Positions 1 to 9,657 of a stretch of 64,000 nt of DNA are shown one piece after another. The DNA is from Candidatus Abyssobacteria bacterium SURF_17 (GTDB lineage Bacteria > Abyssobacteria > SURF-5): NCBI GenBank assembly GCA_003598055.1, contig QZKI01000062.1, positions 9,131 to 73,130 on the forward strand. Reading direction: 5' to 3'. The notes below the pieces were generated by a model. The model was not told the origin of the DNA, did no database searches, and saw only the letters and a list, made by a program, of their open reading frames with translations. A program made the translations under genes and the position numbers. Positions within the stretch are counted from its first letter, which is position 1. Every line of letters begins with the position of its first letter.

Positions 1-541
1 GCTGATTGCTAGACACGGCAGCCACAGCGTAAGCATTCAGAGCGTGGCGACGAAGGCGGGCTTGTCTAAGGGCGCGGTGCTGCACTACTATCCCACGAAG
101 GAGGCTCTTTTCGCGGCGGTGTTCCAGGAGTTTTTCCATCGGATTTTCGAGCAGAGCAAGGAGATAATGGCTCGTCACGATGACCCGCTAGAAAAGATTC
201 GTTCGTTCGGGGATTGGCTGTTCGACGAGACCACCCCTGTCGCGAAGATTGGATATCCGCTTTACCTTGAGTGTATGTCGCGAGCGGCACATGAAGAGCT
301 TTTTCATCAACTGTTTCATGAGTGGGTGAACAATTGGGTGGAGCTGCTGAGAGGCGCAATTGAGGAAGGCATACGGAAGGGCGTCTTCTCGAACGTCAAT
401 CCCGAGGAAACTGCGAGGGCTCTTTCGGCTGTTTGTCAGGGAATCGCTTCACGGTGGTATCTGAACAGGGAAGGACATCCGGCGCAGTGGGCGCGGGAGA
501 CGCTGCGGACATATGCGGAAGGAGTTTTGAAGAGAGGATAG
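1..541 (+). CDS. TetR/AcrR family transcriptional regulator (5' partial; frame open from base 2)
   Basis: Frame 2 translates from the window edge as LIARHGSHSVSIQSVATKAGLSKGAVLHYYPTKEAL, a classic TetR HTH. The C-terminal ligand-binding domain follows. The ORF-track start at 44 is internal. Confidence 0.8.
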   Translation, partial: LIARHGSHSVSIQSVATKAGLSKGAVLHYYPTKEALFAAVFQEFFHRIFEQSKEIMARHDDPLEKIRSFGDWLFDETTPVAKIGYPLYLECMSRAAHEELFHQLFHEWVNNWVELLRGAIEEGIRKGVFSNVNPEETARALSAVCQGIASRWYLNREGHPAQWARETLRTYAEGVLKRG

Positions 542-730
542 CGGGCAACGCTCATGCGCTGTCAACGTCGAATGGGTGATGGGCGCAGCATGCTGTGCCA
601 CTACAAATAAGACTCGCCGTCAAAAAAAATTTGACAGAGCACTGGTGCAATTGATGCAGCGCTGGAAACGGCCTTTCATTAAAGAGGGCCTGCCTGCAGC
701 AGGTTGTATGGGAAAGAAGCATCCGACCTA

Positions 731-853
731 TCATTGCGAGGAATCCCGCGTCCTGCGGGATGACGAAGCAATCTCAGCTTGCGGAAAACGAGAAAAAGGA
801 GATTGCTTCGGTCGCGCTCCCGCCAAACGCGGGATTCGCTCCCTCGCAATGAC
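731..853. repeat. MITE-like structured repeat, family 1 copy A (TIR tcattgcgagg...cctcgcaatgac; internal gcaatctc/gagattgc hairpin)
   Basis: Shares TIRs and the 'gaagcaatctc...gagattgcttcg' core with copies at 3343-3475, 50137-50344 and 53921-54215. Confidence 0.5.
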
Positions 854-888
854 CGGAGGAAGACACGGGTTTTAAGAAGGAGGGAACC

Positions 889-2130
889 ATGGGTTATCTT
901 GACTTGAACCTTAATCTGACGAGCGAGCAGGTTGCGCTCAAGGAGGAAGTGCACAAGTTTGCCGCCGAAGTGATGCGACCGGCGGCGGACAAGCTGGACA
1001 AGTGCGCCAGTCCAGCCGATGTCATCGCGAAGAATTCCGTCTTGTGGGACGTGCTCCGACAGAGCCGCGAGCTTGGGTATCACATACGCGCGCTTCCGGA
1101 GGAATTGGGCGGCCTTGCGCTGACGCCCGTCGAGCAGAACATCATCAGCGAGGAGATGGGCTGGGGTAGCGCCGGCCTGTCCATCTGTATGGGAGCGGGC
1201 AGCATGCCGTATGCGTTTGCAGCGATGTTCGGCAGTCCGGAATTGATCGAAGAGTTTGTGATTCCATTCCGTGATGACAAGAAAGCGGAACACATCGGCT
1301 GCTGGGCAATTACTGAGCCGCAGCACGGCGGAGGCGACCAACTCGTGATCGGCTCAAAGAGGCCGAACATTCCGCTGATACGGCACGACACAAGGGCCCG
1401 GCTCGACGGCGACACGTGGGTGATAAATGGCCAGAAAGCCGCGTGGGTATCAAACGGAACGATTGCCACTCACGCGCTGCTGCACGCCAGCCTTGACGGA
1501 ACCGAAGACCCGCGCGATGCGGCGTTGTTCTTCGTCCCGCTCAACCTGAAGGGAATCTCGAAGGGAAAGCCACTCGATAAGATCGGCCAGCGTGATTTGA
1601 ATCAGGGCGAGGTTTACTTCGACGACGTGAGGCTTCCGAAACACCACATGCTCGTGAGCCCGGAGATGCACGAATATGTGACCGACGTTATCCTCTCGGC
1701 CGCGAACGGTGGAATGGCGACGACATTCACGGGCGTCGCTCGCTCGGCGTTCGAGGAAGCGCTCACCTATTGCAAGGTGCGCGTTGCCAGCGCGAAGGTG
1801 CTCAAGGAACATCAGCTTGCGCAGAAGAGGCTGTTCGACATGTTCATCAAAGTTGAAAGCGCTCGCGCACTCGGCCGCGCCGTCAACGGCTACAACGCGC
1901 AGACAATGCCGCCGGAGCCGCATTACGCGATGGCTGCCAAAATCCACAATACGCAGATTGCATTCGAGGTTGCGAACGAAGCTGTTCAACTGCTCGGTGG
2001 AAACGGCCTCAGCAGGGAATATCCGGTGGAGCGGATTTTCCGCGATGCGCGCGCGGCCCTGATTGAAGACGGCGACAATGACACGCTCACCCTCGGTGGT
2101 TCACGATATTTGCTTGAGCGATATGTGTGA
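889..2130 (+). CDS. acyl-CoA dehydrogenase
   Basis: 413 aa. Motifs CWAITEPQHGGGD and GGNGLSREYPVERIFRDARAALIEDG match ACAD active-site/C-terminal signatures. A GGAGGG RBS sits 8 nt upstream. Confidence 0.85.
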   Translation: MGYLDLNLNLTSEQVALKEEVHKFAAEVMRPAADKLDKCASPADVIAKNSVLWDVLRQSRELGYHIRALPEELGGLALTPVEQNIISEEMGWGSAGLSICMGAGSMPYAFAAMFGSPELIEEFVIPFRDDKKAEHIGCWAITEPQHGGGDQLVIGSKRPNIPLIRHDTRARLDGDTWVINGQKAAWVSNGTIATHALLHASLDGTEDPRDAALFFVPLNLKGISKGKPLDKIGQRDLNQGEVYFDDVRLPKHHMLVSPEMHEYVTDVILSAANGGMATTFTGVARSAFEEALTYCKVRVASAKVLKEHQLAQKRLFDMFIKVESARALGRAVNGYNAQTMPPEPHYAMAAKIHNTQIAFEVANEAVQLLGGNGLSREYPVERIFRDARAALIEDGDNDTLTLGGSRYLLERYV

Positions 2131-2146
2131 GGAAGAATTTGTCCCG

Positions 2147-2229
2147 CAATTCTGTAGGTGCGAATTTATTCGCATGCGCGTGGCGAAAACAGATTGCAAA
2201 AATCATGCGAATGAATTCGCACCTACACA
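2147..2229. repeat. long imperfect inverted repeat, family 2 (arms ~24 bp: tgtaggtgcgaatttattcgcatg / catgcgaatgaattcgcacctaca; 27-nt loop)
   Basis: Seen directly. A second copy lies at 60235-60320. Confidence 0.6.
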
Positions 2230-2283
2230 GCCCTGCTGCAAATGCCCAATTGCGGGACAGATTCAGAAAAGGAGATTGACGAA

Positions 2284-3279
2284 ATGAGCCTCGATAAGAA
2301 ATATCTCGACCTCTTCCGCCCGAAAATACACTGGGGAAAAATCGAGATTGACGTGGAGAAGTGCACCGGCTGCGGGCAATGCACGGAGAACTGCCCGGGC
2401 AAAGTGCCTGCGCTCAACGACGAGGGCAAGGCATACATGGGGCGTGAAGAGTGCATAACGTGCTCGAACTGCGCGGTCACCTGTCCCACGGAAGCGATAA
2501 CAATCAAGGAAACGTTTTTCGTGGAGGAGGGCTACTTCAAGACTATCCCGGCCGACATCCCCTATAAGTATCCAGCCCCTCCGCTCGACGCCAACGGGAA
2601 ACCGAGCGAATATACATCGATGGAGAAAGCAGTGCTCGAGCGGCGCAGCGTGAGGAATTTCAAAGACACCCCCGTTCCGGAACCATTGATACGGCGAATT
2701 CTCGAAGCAGGCAGGCACGCGCCCAGCACGGGGAACTGTCAGCCGTGGCGCTTCATCGTGATAACGGATAAGGCGCTCATGGAAGAGATTGGGGCAAGGA
2801 TACAGCCAATGGCGCTGATGGTCAGCACGATGTACCGCACCGATGAGATGCTCGAGATGCTGGCCGCGCAATATGAAACCGACCCACAGCCGGGAATGTT
2901 CGACCCGCGCGTGCAAGGCGGCGTATATTGCGTCGGGCAGGGCATTCTGCCCCCACTCGTGAACGCGCCCGCACTCATCGTTTTGCTCGGCGACGAACGC
3001 GCAATCAGCAATCCGGAAATCAATATCGGAATATGCGGCACCAACATGACGCTCGTTGCCAACTCGCTCGGACTCGGCGCATGCTGGGTTGGTTTTATCA
3101 CCCTCGTCAACATGATGCCGGATGTGATGGAGCGGCTGGGGATAGAGGCCCCGTATAAGGTCATCGCGTCGCTCGCCGTCGGGTATCCCGCGTTCAAACA
3201 GCACGGCATGGTGGCACGAGAAGCGAAGCCCGTCACGTGGTTCCGTCCGGGGGCTGATGGGCCGGAGATAGAGCAATAG
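2284..3279 (+). CDS. 4Fe-4S dicluster ferredoxin domain fused to nitroreductase-family domain
   Basis: Two CxxCxxCxxxCP motifs (CTGCGQCTENCP, CITCSNCAVTCP). The nitroreductase motif RRSVRNFKDTPVP...STGNCQPWRFIVI follows. The ORF is open from 2242, but an AAGGAG RBS 9 nt before the ATG at 2284 favours the later start. Confidence 0.75.
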   Translation: MSLDKKYLDLFRPKIHWGKIEIDVEKCTGCGQCTENCPGKVPALNDEGKAYMGREECITCSNCAVTCPTEAITIKETFFVEEGYFKTIPADIPYKYPAPPLDANGKPSEYTSMEKAVLERRSVRNFKDTPVPEPLIRRILEAGRHAPSTGNCQPWRFIVITDKALMEEIGARIQPMALMVSTMYRTDEMLEMLAAQYETDPQPGMFDPRVQGGVYCVGQGILPPLVNAPALIVLLGDERAISNPEINIGICGTNMTLVANSLGLGACWVGFITLVNMMPDVMERLGIEAPYKVIASLAVGYPAFKQHGMVAREAKPVTWFRPGADGPEIEQ

Positions 3280-3296
3280 AACAATTCAGATTTCCC

Positions 3297-3323
3297 GGGG
3301 ACACAATATCTTATTGTGTCCCC
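3297..3323. other. 11-bp-stem hairpin (ggggacacaat-atctt-attgtgtcccc) just after the nitroreductase stop
   Basis: Perfect inverted repeat with no flanking T-tract. Possible factor-independent-like terminator or protein-binding site. Confidence 0.3.
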
Positions 3324-3342
3324 TGGAAGTGAGCCCAAGACC

Positions 3343-3475
3343 GTCATTGCGAGGAGCGCAGGGTCGCAGACCCGACGGTCTCAGACCCAAGGGTCTCAGA
3401 CCCAAGCGACGAAGCAATCTCTCTATCATATTGAGATTGCTTCGCTCGGGCCTTCGGCCCTCCGCTCGCAATGAC
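3343..3475. repeat. MITE-like structured repeat, family 1 copy B
   Basis: TIRs gtcattgcgagg/cctcgcaatgac. Contains tandem gggtctcagaccc mini-palindromes and a 12-bp-stem hairpin cgaagcaatctc...gagattgcttcg. Confidence 0.6.
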
Positions 3476-3539
3476 TGGGCTCTGAGAATCACGAAAGAAA
3501 TTCACGGAACTGGACGCTGGTAATACGGAGAGGACAACG

Positions 3540-4784
3540 ATGAGGAAAGTGAAGATAATCGGGGGGGCAGTCACGAAGTTCGGGAAACACATGGACCGCA
3601 ATATGAAGTCTCTCGTCGCCGAGGCAGTGAACGGCGCGCTCAGTGATGCGGGAGTCACCAAGGAGCAGCTTCAGGGAGCATGGGTCGGCAACGCGGCTCA
3701 GGGTGTGATGACCGGTCAGGAATGCGTCCGCGGGCAGGTGGTTCTGCGCGCCATGGGAATCGGCGGGATTCCCGTCGTCAATGTGGAAAATGCGTGCGCG
3801 TCTTCTGCCACCGCCCTCAATGGCGCATGGGCGATGGTGGCTCTGGGTGAAATGGATGTGGCTCTCGTCATCGGCATGGAGAAGATGTATCACGAAGACC
3901 GCGCCAAAGTGATACAGGGCTTTATCGGCGGGATGGATGTCGAGACCGTGGCCGAATTCCTCGAAGCAAGCAAGAAGGAAGAGGAACGGATACTGAAGGA
4001 GCGCGAGGCACGGGGCGAAAAGACGAAGGAGAAGTCTGGGCAGCGCACGGTGTTCATGGATGCCTACGCCTGGGGTGCACGCCGGCATATGGAGAAATAC
4101 GGCACGACGCAGCGGCACTTGGCGATGATTTCCTCGAAGAATCATTTCCATTCTTCGATGAATCCGCTCGCACAGTACCAGACCACGTACACGGTGGAAG
4201 AAGTTCTTGCGTCTCCTGAGGTCGCATGGCCGCTGACCCGGCTAATGTGCTCTCCCATCGGCGACGGAGCGGCAGCGGCAATCGTTTGTTCCGATAAATT
4301 TGCCAGGAAGATTGGAGCCCGTCATACGGCGGAAATAGCTGCCTGCATGCTGGCGAGCGGCGAAGACCGTGAGAAGCATGAAGATTCCGTGCTGATGAGG
4401 CTGGGGCGGAAGGCATACGAGAAGGCTGGCATCGGCCCTGAAGATATAGATGTGGCCGAGGTCCACGACGCCACTGCGTTCGGCGAGCTTTCCACGGTAG
4501 AGCAACTCGGCTTCTGTCCGATAGGAGAAGGCGGTCCGTTCGCCGAGGCGGGCCACACGACGCTCGGCGGCAAGATTCCGGTGAACGTTTCCGGCGGCCT
4601 CGAATCGCAAGGGCACCCGGTCGGCGCTACGGGCTGCCGGCAGGTCGTCGAGCTGTATTGGCACCTGACGGGTCGCGCCGGAAAGCGGCAGGTCAAAGGC
4701 GCAAAGGTGGGACTGGGGCAGAACGCCGGCGGGAGCGTCGGCTTCACCGAAGCGGCACTCTCGGTGACGATATTGAAAGTTTGA
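3540..4784 (+). CDS. thiolase-family protein (SCP-x / lipid-transfer-protein-like acetyl-CoA C-acyltransferase)
   Basis: N-terminal thiolase motif GIPVVNVENACASSATALNGAWAMVALGEMDVALVIGMEKM. Charged insertion and C-terminal thiolase domain (GATGCRQVVEL). Confidence 0.75.
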   Translation: MRKVKIIGGAVTKFGKHMDRNMKSLVAEAVNGALSDAGVTKEQLQGAWVGNAAQGVMTGQECVRGQVVLRAMGIGGIPVVNVENACASSATALNGAWAMVALGEMDVALVIGMEKMYHEDRAKVIQGFIGGMDVETVAEFLEASKKEEERILKEREARGEKTKEKSGQRTVFMDAYAWGARRHMEKYGTTQRHLAMISSKNHFHSSMNPLAQYQTTYTVEEVLASPEVAWPLTRLMCSPIGDGAAAAIVCSDKFARKIGARHTAEIAACMLASGEDREKHEDSVLMRLGRKAYEKAGIGPEDIDVAEVHDATAFGELSTVEQLGFCPIGEGGPFAEAGHTTLGGKIPVNVSGGLESQGHPVGATGCRQVVELYWHLTGRAGKRQVKGAKVGLGQNAGGSVGFTEAALSVTILKV

Positions 4785-4836
4785 GGATGATGGTGGTGCA
4801 CTCGTTTTTCTCACGAGCTGATACGGAGGTTCTCCA

Positions 4837-6429
4837 ATGAGTCAGGAAGCGGAGTTGAACTATTTCGCCGACCTCATCGAGCACCAGGCGAAGACGCTGG
4901 GCGACAAACCGTATATCTTGTATGAGGACAAGAAAATCAGTTTTGCGGAATATGACCGCGCGACCTGCCGCGCGGTCAATGGACTCGCGGCCCAAGGGGC
5001 GCGCCCGGGCGACGGCGTGGCAATCCTCATGACCAACTGCCCGGAATACCTGTACATATTCTATGGAATGCCGCGCGGAGGATTCTACAGCGTTCCCGTG
5101 AACGTCGCCTTGAAGAGAGAGGGACTCCGATACATCCTCACGAATTCGGATGTGAAGTATCTCATAATAGATGACGCGTTATTCGATAAATTCACCGAAC
5201 TGGGGCCGCCGGTGGGCTCCATCGAAAAAGTGTTTGTTCGGCGGACGAGCAACGCCCCGCTGCCCGCAGGGACGTTGGATTTGAGCGTTCTGTTTGACGC
5301 GCCTTCCGAAAGACCGAGTCACAATCCCGCGCCCGACGCGATTACGTATCTCATGTATACCTCCGGCACGACGGGCTTTCCGAAAGGCGTTGTCAATCGG
5401 AACCATTCGGGCAATGTGCAGCAATTTCTCGCGCTCGCGAACGTCCTGGTGCAGTCCGACGACGTGCTTTACACCGCCTTGCCCCTTTTCCACGCCAATG
5501 CGTTAATCCTGACCGCGGGCTTCTCCATGTGCGCAGGCGTGCCGTTCGCGCTGGAAAAGCGGTTTTCCGCGTCACGATTCTGGGATTCCATGAGACGATA
5601 TGGCGTCACGCAGTTCAATGCACTCGGCGCGATGATTCCGATTCTGATGAAGCAGCCCGAGAAACCGAACGATGCGGATAATCCCGTGCGAGTGGTGAAT
5701 TCGGCTGCGTGTCCGGCAAATTTGTGGGAAGCATTCGAGAAGCGATTCGGCGTCAAGATATGGGAAGCCTACGGCGCAGTTGACGGCGGCGGAGTGCTTA
5801 TCTTCAATTTCGGCAATGCGCCCGTCGGCTCTGTCGGCAAACCTATGCCGCACATCGAGTGGAAGCTTGCTGATGATGACGGCAACGAAGTCCCGCTGGG
5901 TCAGGTCGGCGAACTGGTCACCAAGGTGCTTGACAAGAAGACACGCTCCGTCGAGTATTATAAGAATCCTGATGCGACCGCAAGCAAGGTGAGGGGCGAT
6001 TGGATTCATTCGGGTGACCTGTTCTATGCCGATGCCGAGGGCAATCTCTATTTCGTTGACCGGAAGACGGATTCGATGCGCCGCCGAGGTGAGAATATCT
6101 CGTCATTCGAGGTCGAGAACATCATCGAGAAACATCCGGCCGTGGCCGAATGCGCAGCCTTCGGAGTTCCGTCGGAGCTCGGCGAGGACGATGTCATGGT
6201 CTGGGTGAAACCCAAGGAGGGCGCCGAGCTTGACCTGAAGGACCTCATGCGCCACTGTGCTGCAAACATGGCGTACTTCATGGTGCCTCGCTATGTGGAC
6301 GTCGTGGACGAAATTCCTCGGACCGGCACATTGCGCGTTCAGAAGGGCGACATGAAAAAGCGCGGCGTGACCGCGAAGACGTGGGACAGAGAAAAGCAAA
6401 TGCCGGAGCTTGAATTGAAAAAGGCCTGA
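4837..6429 (+). CDS. AMP-dependent acyl-CoA synthetase/ligase
   Basis: AMP-binding motif YTSGTTGFPKGV. 530 aa. C-terminal ANL domain. Confidence 0.85.
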   Translation: MSQEAELNYFADLIEHQAKTLGDKPYILYEDKKISFAEYDRATCRAVNGLAAQGARPGDGVAILMTNCPEYLYIFYGMPRGGFYSVPVNVALKREGLRYILTNSDVKYLIIDDALFDKFTELGPPVGSIEKVFVRRTSNAPLPAGTLDLSVLFDAPSERPSHNPAPDAITYLMYTSGTTGFPKGVVNRNHSGNVQQFLALANVLVQSDDVLYTALPLFHANALILTAGFSMCAGVPFALEKRFSASRFWDSMRRYGVTQFNALGAMIPILMKQPEKPNDADNPVRVVNSAACPANLWEAFEKRFGVKIWEAYGAVDGGGVLIFNFGNAPVGSVGKPMPHIEWKLADDDGNEVPLGQVGELVTKVLDKKTRSVEYYKNPDATASKVRGDWIHSGDLFYADAEGNLYFVDRKTDSMRRRGENISSFEVENIIEKHPAVAECAAFGVPSELGEDDVMVWVKPKEGAELDLKDLMRHCAANMAYFMVPRYVDVVDEIPRTGTLRVQKGDMKKRGVTAKTWDREKQMPELELKKA

Positions 6430-6446
6430 ACCGTCGGGGGCAAACT

Positions 6447-7280
6447 ATGGCTTACGAAGGATATGAATGCCTCAGGATACGCCGCGAGCGCGGCGTCGCG
6501 TTTGTCACCATCGACCATCCTCCGATTAATCTGTTTGACCTCACCCTTATGCACGAGATGAATCGCGTTGGAATCGAGCTGGAGGCTGATGAATCGATTC
6601 GGGTCGTTGTGTTCGACAGCGCCAATCCCGATTATTTCATTGCGCATGCCGATGTTACGCTTATTCAGTCGCTGCCGACGGACGTTCCCCCGAAGGCAAC
6701 CCTGCTTTCGCCGTTTCATGCGATGGTGGACCGGTTTCGCACGATGCCGAAGGCGACTATCGCTCAGATAGAGGGACGCGTGCGCGGCGGAGGAAGCGAA
6801 TTTGTTCTTTCGCTCGACATGCGATTCGGCGCGCTCGGCCGCGCGATTCTGAGTCAGCCGGAAGTGGCGCTGGGGATAATTCCGGGAGGCAGCGGCACGC
6901 AGCGACTTCCTCGCCTTATGGGACGGGGACGGGCGCTGGAGGTCATCCTCGGCTGCGAGGATATCCCTGCGGACCTGGCAGAGCGCTACGGATACATCAA
7001 TCGCGCGCTGCCGCCCGAGAAACTCGCCCCGTTCGTGGAGCGGCTCGCGTATCGGATAGCGTCGTTCCCCGCCGAGGCAATCGCGCTCGCAAAAGCTTCG
7101 GTGAACGCATCGGAACTGCCCACCATCGAGGGTCTTCTCGAGGAAGCCCACTACTTCAACCAGTCACTCGCGACACAGCCTGCTCAGAAGCGGATGGCGA
7201 GGTTCATGGAGATTGGCGGTCAGACGCCTCAAGCGGAGCTGGACCTGGAGCCGCTTGTGCAGAAGCTCTCGGATGCTTGA
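6447..7280 (+). CDS. enoyl-CoA hydratase/isomerase (crotonase) family protein
   Basis: Crotonase-fold signature ...VAFVTIDHPPINLFD...GRVRGGGSEFVLSLDMRFGA. Confidence 0.85.
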   Translation: MAYEGYECLRIRRERGVAFVTIDHPPINLFDLTLMHEMNRVGIELEADESIRVVVFDSANPDYFIAHADVTLIQSLPTDVPPKATLLSPFHAMVDRFRTMPKATIAQIEGRVRGGGSEFVLSLDMRFGALGRAILSQPEVALGIIPGGSGTQRLPRLMGRGRALEVILGCEDIPADLAERYGYINRALPPEKLAPFVERLAYRIASFPAEAIALAKASVNASELPTIEGLLEEAHYFNQSLATQPAQKRMARFMEIGGQTPQAELDLEPLVQKLSDA

Positions 7281-7345
7281 TACAGGGTGGGAACAAGCCT
7301 GTCGAGAACCGGGGAACGGCAATGTGTTCTTCGTCCAAAACGGGC

Positions 7346-9169
7346 TCAGACGGGGACTTCCAATTCCACTCTTGTGCCTATGCCGACTGCGGAGGAAACT
7401 CTCAGCGTGCCGTCGATTTGGTTGGCGCGTTCTCTCATGCTGACGAGGCCGATGCCATGGCAGGCGTCCGCGTATGACGGGTCGAATCCGCAACCGTCGT
7501 CATCAACGGCCAGTACAAGTTTTCCTTCCTTGCGGTAGAGCTCAACTTTTGCGTTGCTCGCTTTTGCATGGCGAAGAACGTTTGAGAGCGCTTCTTGCAG
7601 AATCCGGTACAGGTATGTGGTTGCTTGCTGGTCGAGTTTTGTTTCCGAGACGCGGCAGTCCCAATCGCAGTGTATCCCGGACACCTCTTCAAAGTTTCTC
7701 AGGCAGGCTTCAATCGATGAGATAAGACCCGGCTCGTCGAGCGTGCCTGGCCGCAGCGTTGTGTATATTCGCCGAATACTTGCCAGAGTGCCGTCGAGTT
7801 TTTTGTGGACGTCATCAGCGATGCTTCGCACTCTCTCGTCGTCCATGTCTGCGAAATGGAGAAGCGCTTCCACATCCGTTTTTGCTGAGGCGAGGAATGG
7901 ACCGAGTCCGTCCTTCAGGTCTCTTGCGACAACCTTTCTTTCTTCTTCCTGGAACTCCATGAGCTTCCGTGATAGCAAGCGAATCTCATTGCGTGACGCT
8001 TCGAGCTCGTGTTGCGCCTGCTTGCGTTCTTTGATTTCCTGCATCAATCGTTCGTTGGCTTCCGTTAGTTCGGCGGTGCGTTCCCGAACCATTTCCTCCA
8101 GCCGGTCTCTGTGTTTCTGCAGTTCCCCCTCGGTCTTCTTTCGCTCGGTGATATCGCGGAGAACGATTACTTTGCTCACCGGCCGTCCCTTCCGGTCGCG
8201 GAGGAGTGAGAGTTGAATGTCATAGGTACGCCGGCTGTCTCCCATACCAACTACGACATCCCTTCCGTGCCCGTTTTGAGCACGAAATAGCTCAATGGAG
8301 TCGGTGAGGCCGGACAGTTGCCGCTCCAGTGGCTGGCCGATTACGTCGGAAGAAGGTACGCCCAACAACTTTTCCGCGGCCCAATTCAGCTCCACGATAC
8401 ACTCGTTGGGGTCCGAAACGATTACGCAGTCGTCCATGCCTTCTACGATAGCGGCGTGCGCTATCGGTATGAGGTCAACCAACCGCAGCCGGAAGAGGGC
8501 CCACGCAACCACGGCGCACGAAATAGTGAATGCGAACGGGGTTAGGTCAAGATGAGGGTAAGGCGTGAGGCCAGCAAGAAACATCGCGTTTCCCGCCCAC
8601 GGCACGAGCGTAGCGATGAGCATGGCGCTCGCTTGTCGTCGATACAATCGGTGCGAATACAGGAATCTCTCAGCGATCAGGAGGGTTCCGACCAGGAACA
8701 CAATATATTGGTATGCCGCGGCAATCCAAAATGCGATTCCCATCGGCAGAGCGAGAACGGACAGTGTCCCGCTCGCGTCAAGCGCTTCCCTTGTCCAGAA
8801 GAAATGATGGGCCTCATTGGTCCACACCGCGAGAACGATACTGACAGGCACAATTGCGAGCAGGATCACGGAGCGCCCGCTCACCAGACGCCCTCTCCCG
8901 CTGTATTGAAGCGAGAAAAGCAACCATGCCGCAGGGACGGTGACGATGCCAAAATATTTGAACTGCGCCCAGAAGATCTTGGCCTGCAAATCAGTGCTCG
9001 CGAGCTCGAGCATGTATGAGAATGACCAGAGAGCCACAGCGGCCATGAGAACGGCGATGATTCGCGCTTCAGTCGTTCGTCTCTTCAGCGCAGTATGCAA
9101 TGCCAGGATGCCCACGCCGCCGCCTGCCAGAGCAAGGGTATAAGGCACATAGTGCCAGGTCACGAGCAT
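7346..9169 (-). CDS. sensor histidine kinase-like protein (7TM receptor N-domain, PAS, coiled coil, HisKA_3-like DHp, HATPase_c)
   Basis: N-terminal ~270 aa is multi-TM and 7TM-HK-like. PAS domain. An H-box-like segment EEERKVVARDLKDGLGP has Lys where the phospho-His is expected. HATPase G-box DDDGCGFD...GIGL. No response regulator is adjacent. Confidence 0.8.
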   Translation of the reverse strand: MLVTWHYVPYTLALAGGGVGILALHTALKRRTTEARIIAVLMAAVALWSFSYMLELASTDLQAKIFWAQFKYFGIVTVPAAWLLFSLQYSGRGRLVSGRSVILLAIVPVSIVLAVWTNEAHHFFWTREALDASGTLSVLALPMGIAFWIAAAYQYIVFLVGTLLIAERFLYSHRLYRRQASAMLIATLVPWAGNAMFLAGLTPYPHLDLTPFAFTISCAVVAWALFRLRLVDLIPIAHAAIVEGMDDCVIVSDPNECIVELNWAAEKLLGVPSSDVIGQPLERQLSGLTDSIELFRAQNGHGRDVVVGMGDSRRTYDIQLSLLRDRKGRPVSKVIVLRDITERKKTEGELQKHRDRLEEMVRERTAELTEANERLMQEIKERKQAQHELEASRNEIRLLSRKLMEFQEEERKVVARDLKDGLGPFLASAKTDVEALLHFADMDDERVRSIADDVHKKLDGTLASIRRIYTTLRPGTLDEPGLISSIEACLRNFEEVSGIHCDWDCRVSETKLDQQATTYLYRILQEALSNVLRHAKASNAKVELYRKEGKLVLAVDDDGCGFDPSYADACHGIGLVSMRERANQIDGTLRVSSAVGIGTRVELEVPV

Positions 9170-9490
9170 TGCCTCCCAGGAATTACGGAGAAAAGGGGGA
9201 AAGAGGGAACTGGAGAAGAGGGAGAATGGCTTATTTGTCGTTTCTGGTTTCTGGTTTCCCCGCTCATATTTCTCCGCGAAAGAATGCGCCGAACCAGCTG
9301 ACCGGCTTCCAGTGAGCCAACTTCTCTGACCATTCCGTGCGTGCCGCCGGATTATCGGGAGAACCAGTCCGTAAAATAAGCTGTGGGTTACAAGAAGATT
9401 TATATGCGAAACAAGGTCTGCATGTCAAGCATTTCCTGAATTTCGAGTGCACGACACAAGAGTAGGGTTGGAGTCTGTGTGGTTTTTTTT

Positions 9491-9515
9491 GTAGGGGTCA
9501 GCGAACGACCCCTAC
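9491..9515. repeat. palindromic repeat, family 3 (gtaggggtc..gcgaacgacccctac) variant copy
   Basis: Near-identical palindromes at 51036-51060 and 55304-55335. Confidence 0.5.
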
Positions 9516-9600
9516 AAGGCTGGCTGTCGTCTGTTGCAGCACATACAACAGCGACTGCTCCTGCTTTTATGTCGTACCCACCTGAATCTCTGCGACCGTA

Positions 9601-9645
9601 TGCAGAGAAAAGCGGAGGCCGGACCACGGGGGGTCGGCCTCCGCT
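9601..9645 (-). terminator. rho-independent terminator for the 9658-11481 ACAD gene
   Basis: On the minus strand, an 11-bp GC-rich stem (gcggaggccg.../...cggcctccgc) is followed by TTTTCTCT, 13 nt past the stop codon. Confidence 0.5.
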
Positions 9646-9657
9646 TGAAAAGTGATA

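Noticed and set aside
576-875. 99-aa ORF in the TetR-ACAD intergenic region.
   Set aside because: Spans the family-1 repeat element and has an Arg/Lys/Cys-rich, non-protein-like composition. It is more likely repeat DNA read through.
3360-3420. Tandem short palindromic units (gggtctcagaccc) that superficially resemble a mini CRISPR array.
   Set aside because: Only 2-3 units, 13 bp each, with no unique spacers or leader and no cas genes. They form part of the family-1 structured repeat.
9481-9520. T8 run followed by a hairpin that looked like a terminator.
   Set aside because: The T-tract precedes the stem on the plus strand, and the minus strand has A's after the stem. It is not a functional intrinsic-terminator geometry. 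Better explained as a family-3 palindrome copy.
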